A stretch of DNA of 64,000 nucleotides from Candidatus Latescibacterota bacterium (GTDB lineage: Bacteria; Latescibacterota; UBA2968; UBA8231), in assembly GCA_965203175.1 (NCBI GenBank), contig OZ241867.1:4352001-4416000 (forward strand), read 5' to 3'. Below are positions 37,400-45,703 of this stretch, in pieces. Position 1 is the first letter of the stretch. Each line of letters opens with the position of its first letter. The notes below the pieces were generated by a model. It worked only from the letters and a program-made list of their open reading frames with translations. It was not told the origin of the DNA and ran no database searches. A program made the position numbers and the translations under genes.

Positions 37400-37552
37400 G
37401 GGATGGGGAGGCAGGTATAAGTTGGTGGCTATCTTAACCGATACATAGTCAGTTTGTCAAACCAAAGCCTACATATGCAAGCGCGATGGAAGAAAGTTGA
37501 CAGCCTGCGCGAGAACGGCCTTATTTTCGCGCTCTAAGTTCGCAGTAGGACG

Positions 37553-38068
37553 ATGAACGAGGGCACCCCAACAACCGTCAAAGTGCTGCGCGAGCAGCTA
37601 GTAAACGCGCGCCAAGAACGCGACTTGGGCTTGTTGCGCGATGTGGAGGAGGGATTGCGCCAGCTAGGCAAGATCGGCTACCGCTGTTGTCTGGTCGATT
37701 TCGATAGCTGCCGGTTGCGCTATTACGTCCGCCTCTTGGGCTACGAACAGGCGCGGGTCAAAGCGCAGATCGAGTTTCCCATCTCCCAAGAAGTCGCCCC
37801 GGTGCAGTGGTTGCCGCTGTCGCATCTGGCCGATTACGGAGAGGCCGAAAATGCCCAAAGCATTCGCCGCATATACGAGGGGATGGCCCACTACATCCAA
37901 CACAAATCGCCGCCGCTGCAAGTGGGGACTCTGGCTCTCAACCGGCCTAGGCGGCGACCACCTAAAAGACCGCAACGGCGCGCGCGAAACAGGGTTTGGT
38001 TTTACTTGGGAGGCTTGGTCGTGCTAGCGGCTCTCGCCGGCTTCATTGCTTGGAGGGGTTTATTGTGA
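37553..38068 (+). CDS. Hypothetical tail-anchored membrane protein
   Basis: RBS AGGA; Arg-rich linker followed by C-terminal TM. Confidence 0.6.
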   Translation: MNEGTPTTVKVLREQLVNARQERDLGLLRDVEEGLRQLGKIGYRCCLVDFDSCRLRYYVRLLGYEQARVKAQIEFPISQEVAPVQWLPLSHLADYGEAENAQSIRRIYEGMAHYIQHKSPPLQVGTLALNRPRRRPPKRPQRRARNRVWFYLGGLVVLAALAGFIAWRGLL

Positions 38069-38742
38069 TGCTACAGGAAATTCTTCGACCTCAAGGTCGA
38101 TCTGTGTGGATATTGGCTGGGATCCTTGGTGCTGTCGGGTGCAGCCAAAATTTCAGCGATCAGGAACCGGCGGTGGCCATGGCCGAGCGGGGATTCACCG
38201 CTCGCTCCACAACGCCAACCAGTACGACGCCAGCGTACCCTTTGGGTCAGGAGAGCGGGCGACAGGCGCTGGGGCCGCTCAGCGCGGTGGCTCCCAGGGG
38301 CTGGGTGGCGCAGCAGCCGTCTAGTTCCATGCGAGTGGCCCAATACGGCCTACCCGGCCCGGCCGGAGAAGCGACCTTGGGCATCTTTTTCTTTGGCCCC
38401 GAGCAAGGCGGAAGCGTAGAGGCCAACATCGAGCGCTGGTACGGCCAGTTCAAACAAGAGGACGGCCAACCGGCCCAAGGGCGGCGTTGGACGCGGCAGG
38501 TGAGGGACATCGAAATAACCGGAGTCGATATCAGCGGTACCTTCTCTGGGGGGATGGGGATGGGGATGGGGAGTGCGGAGCCCCAAGCCGACTATCGGAT
38601 GCTCGGAGCCATAGCCGTTCATCGCTCAGGCACGGTGTTTTTCAAGCTAACTGGCCCGGCCCAGACCATCGAGCAATGGGCCGCCAGCTTTGATGAGTTC
38701 TTGGGCAGTTTACAAGCCGGCTCAGGCGAGCCTGAATACTGA
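38068..38742 (+). CDS. Hypothetical lipoprotein
   Basis: Lipobox AVGC; GW...PSSSMRVAQY..GGSVEANIERW..QF..YRMLGAI..FFKLTGP. Confidence 0.7.
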   Translation: MLQEILRPQGRSVWILAGILGAVGCSQNFSDQEPAVAMAERGFTARSTTPTSTTPAYPLGQESGRQALGPLSAVAPRGWVAQQPSSSMRVAQYGLPGPAGEATLGIFFFGPEQGGSVEANIERWYGQFKQEDGQPAQGRRWTRQVRDIEITGVDISGTFSGGMGMGMGSAEPQADYRMLGAIAVHRSGTVFFKLTGPAQTIEQWAASFDEFLGSLQAGSGEPEY

Positions 38743-38748
38743 GGGAAT

Positions 38749-39591
38749 ATGTATACGCAATTAGAAGACGAATTCGGCGACGTTGTCGGCAAGGCTCGAC
38801 GCGGGCAGGAGATTGCGGTCGCAGCACTAGCTGACCGAGTGGGACTGACTGCCGGGGATATTGCAAGGATTGAGGATTACGAACTGGTCCCGGCCGCAGA
38901 TACCATCGAGCGGCTGTCCCAAGCTCTCGGGTTGCACCCGGACAAATTGCAGGCAAGCGCAAAGCAGGCATTTTTCCCGCGCAATCCGGCAGGCCGCTCG
39001 ATTGCCGGGGCACAGGTGGAGATGATGGTGCTCGGCAGCGGCTTTCTGATGAACGGCTACATCATCGGCTGTGCAGCAACGGGCCGAGCTGCGATCATCG
39101 ACCCGGGATTCGACGCGGATAAAATTCTCCAGCGCTTGGCCGTCTCTGGGCTAACGGTCGAACAGATTTTGCTGACGCACGGACACCAAGACCACATCAG
39201 CGCCCTTGCTGAGATTAGTCAGGCCACGAATGCGCCAACGCGAATCCACAGCGGCGATTTGGCCCTAACGGGTAGCTTGGCCGGTCAAATAGAGGGAGAA
39301 CTAGCCGAAGGCGACGTCGTATCTATCGGCAAATTGCGCTTTGAGATTCGCGCCACGCCCGGGCATACGGCGGGTGGCATCAGCTTAGTCCACGAGGAAA
39401 TGGCGTTTGTCGGGGATGCGCTTTTCGCGGGTTCGCTTGGGGGCACTCGCAGTGTGGACAACTACCGGATGCAGCGCCAAGCCGTGGCCGAGAAGCTGCT
39501 CGGTCTAGACGCAAACGTCGCGCTCTTTCCCGGCCATGGACCGGCCACTACCGTCGGCGAAGAACGGGAGCACAATCCGTTTTTCTTGTAA
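38749..39591 (+). CDS. XRE-like HTH fused to MBL-fold metallo-hydrolase
   Basis: N-terminal HTH; THGHQDH, TPGHT.G, GDALF, PGHGP. Confidence 0.85.
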   Translation: MYTQLEDEFGDVVGKARRGQEIAVAALADRVGLTAGDIARIEDYELVPAADTIERLSQALGLHPDKLQASAKQAFFPRNPAGRSIAGAQVEMMVLGSGFLMNGYIIGCAATGRAAIIDPGFDADKILQRLAVSGLTVEQILLTHGHQDHISALAEISQATNAPTRIHSGDLALTGSLAGQIEGELAEGDVVSIGKLRFEIRATPGHTAGGISLVHEEMAFVGDALFAGSLGGTRSVDNYRMQRQAVAEKLLGLDANVALFPGHGPATTVGEEREHNPFFL

Positions 39592-39615
39592 AACTTTCAA
39601 ATGGCGTTGGGACGA

Positions 39616-40431
39616 TTACGGGGAGTCTGCCGCTGGGCGGGGGCTTCCCGTTTCTTTTAGCTCGTTGAGCGTCCAGTCGTATTCGTTGTATTCGATGGCT
39701 ACATCCTCGGTCAGCCCAGCGGCTAGATCCGGTGGGAGATACGGGCGCAGGTAGTTGACGATGGTGGGCATGTTTTCGGGGTTAGGTCGGTCAGATGGAA
39801 ACCACGCCGTGAAATCTTCTCCGTACCAGTCGAGGACTTTGGACAGATGCAGTTTTTTCGCTTGCAGGCTCACGTGGTTGGGGTCTTGGGCAAAGCGCGT
39901 TAGTGCTTGTTCCAAGTGGGCGTCGAGATCGGAGGCGGTAAAGGCTTGGTTATCCAGTTGCGGGCAGCTCAGGGCCGCGCAGTTGACTGCGAAGTGAATG
40001 CGCGGCTCTTGATAGGTTGGGCGAATAATTTTGTTTTCAACGTGATCTAGGGTCATCTCGCTCCCCCCAGCGACAAAGGTCTGGCGGTTGAAAAAGCCGT
40101 TTAGTACAAAGGCATCCTTGACGCTGGCGATGGGATAGGCGTCGATGACGCCCCGCAGGGTAAAGGCGTTGTACGCATTGATCCAGTAGGCTAACTCGTG
40201 TTCGCGAGTGGGAAATCGGTCGGGGTGGCTTGCTGGGCTATAGAGGCCGAGGCTATCGACATAGGCGTCGAGCTGGGCCCGGTTTTCGGCTAGGGCGGCG
40301 TAGCGAACCAAGCCTTGGTCATTGACGTACTCTTGGAGCACTTGATTAAAGGGACTGTGATCAAACGGAGAGGCCGCGCAAAGGACGGCCGGGACGAGTA
40401 GCCACAAGGGCAGAAAATAAAGTGGGCGCAT
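39616..40431 (-). CDS. DUF547 domain exported protein
   Basis: LAYWINAYNA, EPRIHFAVNCAALSCP, YDWTLN. Confidence 0.88.
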   Translation of the reverse strand: MRPLYFLPLWLLVPAVLCAASPFDHSPFNQVLQEYVNDQGLVRYAALAENRAQLDAYVDSLGLYSPASHPDRFPTREHELAYWINAYNAFTLRGVIDAYPIASVKDAFVLNGFFNRQTFVAGGSEMTLDHVENKIIRPTYQEPRIHFAVNCAALSCPQLDNQAFTASDLDAHLEQALTRFAQDPNHVSLQAKKLHLSKVLDWYGEDFTAWFPSDRPNPENMPTIVNYLRPYLPPDLAAGLTEDVAIEYNEYDWTLNELKETGSPRPAADSP

Positions 40432-40467
40432 AATTTTTCCAATGGGTTAGGATGGTGCTAAGAATGT

Positions 40468-41880
40468 ATGACTAGACCAAATTTTATGCTAATTATCGCA
40501 GATGATATGAACTGGGATGCGGTGGGGGCATTGGGGTGTCCGACCGCGGGAACAACGCCCAATATCGACCGCTTGGCCGCAGAGGGATTGCGATTTGAGC
40601 ACGGTCATGTGACGATTGCGGTATGCCAACCGAGCCGCTCGGCGCTGATGACCGGGCGCTATCCGCATCTGAGTGGGGGCGAGGGCTTTTATCATTTGCG
40701 CTACAAAGGCGTGCCCATTCTGCCGGCTATTTTGCGCGATGCGGGATATGACGTGGGCATTTTGGGCAAAGTGACGCATTCGACGCCGTACCAGGCATTT
40801 CAATGGGATATGGCACGCGATCAGAGCCATTTGGGGCAGGGACGAAATCCCGAGGTGTATTATCAGTATGCGAAAAATTTTGTGCAGGATGCCCTAGATG
40901 GCGACCATCCGTTTTTTTTGATGGCAAATTCCCACGACCCGCATCGTCCGTTTTACGGCAACGACCGGTCCGAGTGGTATAGCGAACTCGATCCGCCGGC
41001 CGTGCCTCCCTCGCGCACGTTTGCGCCAGAAGAGATGATCGTCCCTGGGTTTTTGCCCGATATACCGGATGTGCGTTTGGAAATAGCCGAGTATTACAAT
41101 TCTGTGCGTCGATGCGATGATACGGTGGGGCGATTGCTCAACGTATTGGATGAAGTGGGTGTGGCGGAGAATACTTTAGTGATGTTTTTGTCGGATAATG
41201 GCATGGCATTTCCATTTGCAAAGACAAATTGTTATTTGAACAGTACGCGCACACCTTGGGTGGTGCGCTGGCCAGCGGTTATCCAGGCTGGGCGCGTGGA
41301 TGCCAAGCATTTTATTGCGGGGATAGATTACCTGCCTACGGTGCTGGATGCAATTGGCGTGGATATTCCAGACGGCGTTAATGGCAAATCGCTTTTGCCG
41401 GTGTTGCGGGGTGCAGAACAGGCTGGCTGCGGGCAGGTGTTCACGCAATTTCACCAGACGGCGGCACGGCGCAATTACCCCATGCGGTGCGTGCAAAATG
41501 CGCGGTTCGGTTACATTTTCAACCCCTGGTCCGATGGCGAACGAGCGTTTCGCAATGAGTCCCAGAGTGGTCGGTCTTGGCAGGCGATGCAAGAATCAGC
41601 GGCTAGCGCTCCAGAATTGGCCGCGCGCAACCATTTGTTTACGTATCGCGTGCTGGAAGAATTTTACGATTTTGCCAACGACCCCAATGCGCTGAACAAC
41701 CTGATTGATGACCCCAACTATGCCGATGAAATTCAGGGGCTGAGAAATGAGCTTGAGGAATGGATGGTGGAGACAGACGATCCGGCACTCGAAGCCTTTC
41801 GTGGTCGCGCATCGCAGCAGGCACTGGATGATTTGATGGATTGCCTAGCGGATGCGATTGGCAAGCGTGTGGATGAATAG
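40468..41880 (+). CDS. Sulfatase (heparan N-sulfatase-like)
   Basis: RPNF..IADD, CQPSR (CxPxR) with LMTGRY, GK.H, DPHRP, SDNG. Confidence 0.9.
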   Translation: MTRPNFMLIIADDMNWDAVGALGCPTAGTTPNIDRLAAEGLRFEHGHVTIAVCQPSRSALMTGRYPHLSGGEGFYHLRYKGVPILPAILRDAGYDVGILGKVTHSTPYQAFQWDMARDQSHLGQGRNPEVYYQYAKNFVQDALDGDHPFFLMANSHDPHRPFYGNDRSEWYSELDPPAVPPSRTFAPEEMIVPGFLPDIPDVRLEIAEYYNSVRRCDDTVGRLLNVLDEVGVAENTLVMFLSDNGMAFPFAKTNCYLNSTRTPWVVRWPAVIQAGRVDAKHFIAGIDYLPTVLDAIGVDIPDGVNGKSLLPVLRGAEQAGCGQVFTQFHQTAARRNYPMRCVQNARFGYIFNPWSDGERAFRNESQSGRSWQAMQESAASAPELAARNHLFTYRVLEEFYDFANDPNALNNLIDDPNYADEIQGLRNELEEWMVETDDPALEAFRGRASQQALDDLMDCLADAIGKRVDE

Positions 41881-41883
41881 TTG

Positions 41884-43932
41884 ATGAACGCCATTCGACG
41901 AGAGGGGGCCATCCTTTGGGGTGTAGCTCTTTTGTGGCTTTTGGTCTTTGCGGCCTCCATGCTCTACCACACAGGCGGCCGCTTGGCCCTGCCGCTGGAC
42001 GATTCCTTCATCTATTTCCAATACGCGCGGCAAGCCGCCCAAGGGCACTTCCTCGAATACAATACCGGCGCTGAGCCAACGGCTGGCGCGACTAGTCTGT
42101 TGTACACCTTGCTGCTGGTGCCGGGCTTTTGGCTGGGGCTGGATGGGATGGGGATTGCGCTGTACGCGTTGGCATTGGGGCTTGTGTGGCTGGGGTTGAG
42201 CGCTTGGTTGCTCCTGCTGCTAGGCCGCAAGTTGAGTGGTTCTTTCAGCGGCTGGGTGGCCGCGTTGATGTTCCTGTTGTGCGGCCCGCTGCTGTGGGGT
42301 TACTACAGCGGTATGGCGATCGGCCTCTTTGCCTGCGCCATCTTGCTGACTCTGTATCTGTATCTAACAGAAGACCGGCGAACTCCACTGGCGGCGACTT
42401 TGCTGGTGTTGGCTCGGCCCGAGGGGATCGCCTTGGTCTTACTGCTGCTGGCGCTAGTCACCTATCGCCGGGCGTTGAATTGGCAGTGGGGGGTGCCTTT
42501 GGGGGCGTACGTGATCCAGGCTCTACTGTTGGCTTGGTATACGGGAGAGGCCGGGGCCTCTGGGGTCGAGGCCAAATGGCGCTTGGCCGAACCGCACGGC
42601 TCATTGCCCGAGCAGATCAGAGCCGTCTTTTTCGACTTCGCCGAGTTCGTCAAAGGGATCCTCGCCGGGTCGCTGGGTCATCAGACCAGCGTCAATTTAT
42701 ACGCGTACGACGGCAACTATCGCCGCATGGTATTTGCTCCGTTTGTAGCACTCTTTTTTTTGGCAGAGCTAAGCTATCGGCTCTGGGAGGAACTGTCCAA
42801 GAGGCAGCTCGGGGTGGCGGCATTGGGTGGAGCGTGGTTTGTTGGCGGTGTTTTACTTACCTGCACCCTCGTCGAATACGACGCTCACTTCAATCGCTAC
42901 CAGCAGCCCTTCTTGCCGCTCTACATTCTCTTTGCCGCTTTGGGTTTGGGACGCTTAGACGCGGCTGGAGGGGAATGGGGCCGCAAGCTGGCGCGGGGAC
43001 TGGCTTGCTTTTTTGGCTTGTGGGGATTGATGTCGGTGGGGTTTTTCGCGGTTGCGTACGGGGAAAATTGCAGCGATATCCGCAACCAGCAGGTCGAGAT
43101 GGCGCGCTTTATAGACGCCGAGTTGCCGTCCGATGCGCGCATCGCCGTCAACGACGCTGGTGCCCTGCGCTACTTCAGCCGCCGCCAGACGATTGACTTA
43201 GTCGGGTTGACCACGGCTGGGAACAGCGCGCCTTGGCGGCACGGGAGCGGGTCGCTGTTCGAGCGGCTGGAGGCTATGCCGCCGGATCAGCGCCCGCAGT
43301 ACTTCGCCATTTTCCCCAATTGGTTCAATTTCCCCGAGGGCCTCTTTTTGCAGCCGCTGCACCGCATCCGCGTCTTTGAGCCGTCGATTATAGATGCGGA
43401 GAAGGTGTTGTATCGGGCGCATTGGGCTGCCGATCTCAGCGGCGAGACCATCCGCAACCAGACGCTCTTAGAGGAAGGCTGGCGGGTGGTTGATAAGGTG
43501 GATGTGGCCGATTTGGCAAGCGAACGCCGGCACGGCTACCAATCCAAGGTGTGGGTGCCCGGCAGTGGGGAGGCGAATCTGTTGATGGCGCTGAGTGCTA
43601 CAGACGATCCCCAGGCTGTGTACATCGACGGGGGCCGGACGGTAACGGGGGGCGAGCGGATGGAGGTGGCGCTGCAGGCTGGTCGACCGGCGACGGTGAT
43701 TATGCGCACGGTTACGGGCATTGCTCAGCACTTTGCGGTGTTCGCTAATGGAAAGAAGATTGCCAACGTGGAACTGCCGGGGGGGCGGGGTCGCCAGTGG
43801 CTCGAACTAGCCGTCGGCCAGATATCGGCCTCAGATGTGCATGGCCGCATCGGGCTTGAGACGCGGCCGATTCACTTTGGCGGCGATTTGCGGCCGATTG
43901 TCTCGTTTCACTATTGGGTTTTGCAGCCGTGA
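41884..43932 (+). CDS. Multi-pass GT-C-like glycosyltransferase
   Basis: LPLDDSFIYFQYARQ, GATSLLY, ARPEG, many TMs, DAGALRY..IDLVGL. Confidence 0.65.
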   Translation: MNAIRREGAILWGVALLWLLVFAASMLYHTGGRLALPLDDSFIYFQYARQAAQGHFLEYNTGAEPTAGATSLLYTLLLVPGFWLGLDGMGIALYALALGLVWLGLSAWLLLLLGRKLSGSFSGWVAALMFLLCGPLLWGYYSGMAIGLFACAILLTLYLYLTEDRRTPLAATLLVLARPEGIALVLLLLALVTYRRALNWQWGVPLGAYVIQALLLAWYTGEAGASGVEAKWRLAEPHGSLPEQIRAVFFDFAEFVKGILAGSLGHQTSVNLYAYDGNYRRMVFAPFVALFFLAELSYRLWEELSKRQLGVAALGGAWFVGGVLLTCTLVEYDAHFNRYQQPFLPLYILFAALGLGRLDAAGGEWGRKLARGLACFFGLWGLMSVGFFAVAYGENCSDIRNQQVEMARFIDAELPSDARIAVNDAGALRYFSRRQTIDLVGLTTAGNSAPWRHGSGSLFERLEAMPPDQRPQYFAIFPNWFNFPEGLFLQPLHRIRVFEPSIIDAEKVLYRAHWAADLSGETIRNQTLLEEGWRVVDKVDVADLASERRHGYQSKVWVPGSGEANLLMALSATDDPQAVYIDGGRTVTGGERMEVALQAGRPATVIMRTVTGIAQHFAVFANGKKIANVELPGGRGRQWLELAVGQISASDVHGRIGLETRPIHFGGDLRPIVSFHYWVLQP

Positions 43933-43975
43933 ACTGCCTCAGTACCCTCGGTACTAGGGACTGTGGCGTCCGATG

Positions 43976-44323
43976 CTAGCTGCCAGATTGGGGCCTATTG
44001 ACGCGAAGCAGTTTTCCAGTCGTTGGGGATTCGGCTGTAATGAGTTGGTGAATGCGTTGAGCCTGTCCGACAAAATCTTTGTCAAGAGTACAGACAATGA
44101 TACCACTGTGATTCGGTTGTTTCCGATGCAGAGAGATAAAATGCTTGCGGTTGATAGTGAGAAGTATTCGATTGTCAGCACAGGCAAATTCCAGAACCTT
44201 CTCATCGCCTATGCCTTGATTTCCTTGGCCTGCTTCCTGACTAGTCAATACACTATGGCCAAGCTCTCGGAGTACCTTGACTACTGGCAGAGGAAAATTC
44301 TCATTGGAGTATAACTGTGCCAC
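43976..44323 (-). CDS. DUF5615 family PIN-like protein (toxin)
   Basis: LYSNENFP..V...LRELGH.VLT..D..VLEFA...RILLT.NRKHF..LH...HSGII. Confidence 0.85.
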   Translation of the reverse strand: MAQLYSNENFPLPVVKVLRELGHSVLTSQEAGQGNQGIGDEKVLEFACADNRILLTINRKHFISLHRKQPNHSGIIVCTLDKDFVGQAQRIHQLITAESPTTGKLLRVNRPQSGS

Positions 44324-44327
44324 TGCT

Positions 44328-45500
44328 TTAGGCTAACTCGTTGTCGACGATTTGCTGCTCGATCTCTGCTGTGTGCGACTGATAATAGGACCAAGCATTG
44401 ACTAAATCTTCAGCCGTCAAGGTGGGGTAGGTACGCAACAAATCTGCTTCATCTGTGCCTAATTGCCTAAGCTGCACCAAAGCCCAAACCGGAATACGAG
44501 TGTGTCTAATGCAAGCATCTCCGCCGCAAACTCCGGGGGTTTTATCAATGCCAGGGTATGAGTGAGGGACTATGTAAGACGGCTCTCTTGGCCCTAGCTG
44601 GCCTTCTTCTTCTTGGGCTATTACTATATCGGGACTAGGGGTCTTCATTTTTTTGATTATCTTATCCGTAAAAATAGCTGTAGCTGAACCTGTATCAAGG
44701 TACTCAATCACACCCATAAGTTCTTTTGAGAAATCAATGTTAATTGGGATTATCAAAGGTTCAGAGCGAATATACATCACCTCGTAAGATTTCATCTTTA
44801 ACCGTAGGTCATTATTTTTCAAATATGCATCTTCAAATGATTCCTTATAGTGCAATTCACCATAGTTGTCTCCAGATATAGATTCTAGACGATGAGCGAG
44901 ATCGTAAAGAGAATAGGTTTCGTTATTTTTCATGTCTTCAATGAATATTTCGTTATTCATACCCGATATATGGAACGAATCATCTACGTTTATCTCAGTG
45001 TTCTTTATTGTCCAATCTTTATCAATGTGTGGAGAAAATTTTGTAATCCTTGGACTTGGTTCAAAATGCATTTTAATATTTACTTCCCGAATCAAAGGAT
45101 TCCCTTCTGCATCTTCCCAGTCATCATCGCGTTGCTCACGGACAATCAATAAATCAATCTTGTTTTTTTCAGCTTTTATCTTCGCTCCTCTTTGGTAACC
45201 AGTTTTAGTTGCAAATACAGGTTTCAAGTCAGGTATATCATGAATTTTTCCAATCAGGGCGTCGATTCTATCTATTGATATTTCCGATGCATAGTCTTTA
45301 CACTCAATGATAGTCTTATATGTTATGCCAGCTAGTTCATACTCCCAGTACAAATCAAACTCGCGTTCAATTCCAGAATTATCAGTTATCTTTTTGTTGC
45401 GTTCAATTTTAATATTTTTCTGTTTTGTCAAAGGCTCTGAGTACAAAAGGGCCTGCTGTAATTTTTGGACAAAAATCTCATAATCTTTCCAATTTGACAT
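44328..45500 (-). CDS. Mrr-like restriction endonuclease fused in frame to DUF433 antitoxin domain
   Basis: YE..V..REFD..IIECKDY..GYQRGA (PD-(D/E)xK); C-terminal KTPGVCGGDACIRHTRIPVW..YPTLT.EDL; AT-rich 5' part; AGGAGG RBS. Confidence 0.8.
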   Translation of the reverse strand: MSNWKDYEIFVQKLQQALLYSEPLTKQKNIKIERNKKITDNSGIEREFDLYWEYELAGITYKTIIECKDYASEISIDRIDALIGKIHDIPDLKPVFATKTGYQRGAKIKAEKNKIDLLIVREQRDDDWEDAEGNPLIREVNIKMHFEPSPRITKFSPHIDKDWTIKNTEINVDDSFHISGMNNEIFIEDMKNNETYSLYDLAHRLESISGDNYGELHYKESFEDAYLKNNDLRLKMKSYEVMYIRSEPLIIPINIDFSKELMGVIEYLDTGSATAIFTDKIIKKMKTPSPDIVIAQEEEGQLGPREPSYIVPHSYPGIDKTPGVCGGDACIRHTRIPVWALVQLRQLGTDEADLLRTYPTLTAEDLVNAWSYYQSHTAEIEQQIVDNELA

Positions 45501-45703
45501 ACTTATACCTCCTTTTGGAGATAACGACTAAGAACATCAACATCAATAGAGTGCCGCAAAATAGCTACTTGGTAGAGTGCATAGTCCAGCACTTTTCATT
45601 AACCTTCGATTATCTCAACCGAATCCTGCATATCTGTACAAATCATAAAGGGTCTTTTATATATAGTCAAGATACAGTCAAAATGTTGGCATCTTGGGGT
45701 GTT

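Noticed and set aside
38551-38572. GGGATG tandem repeat as phase-variation tract
   Set aside because: In-frame hexamer encoding a GMGMGM linker; cannot shift the frame
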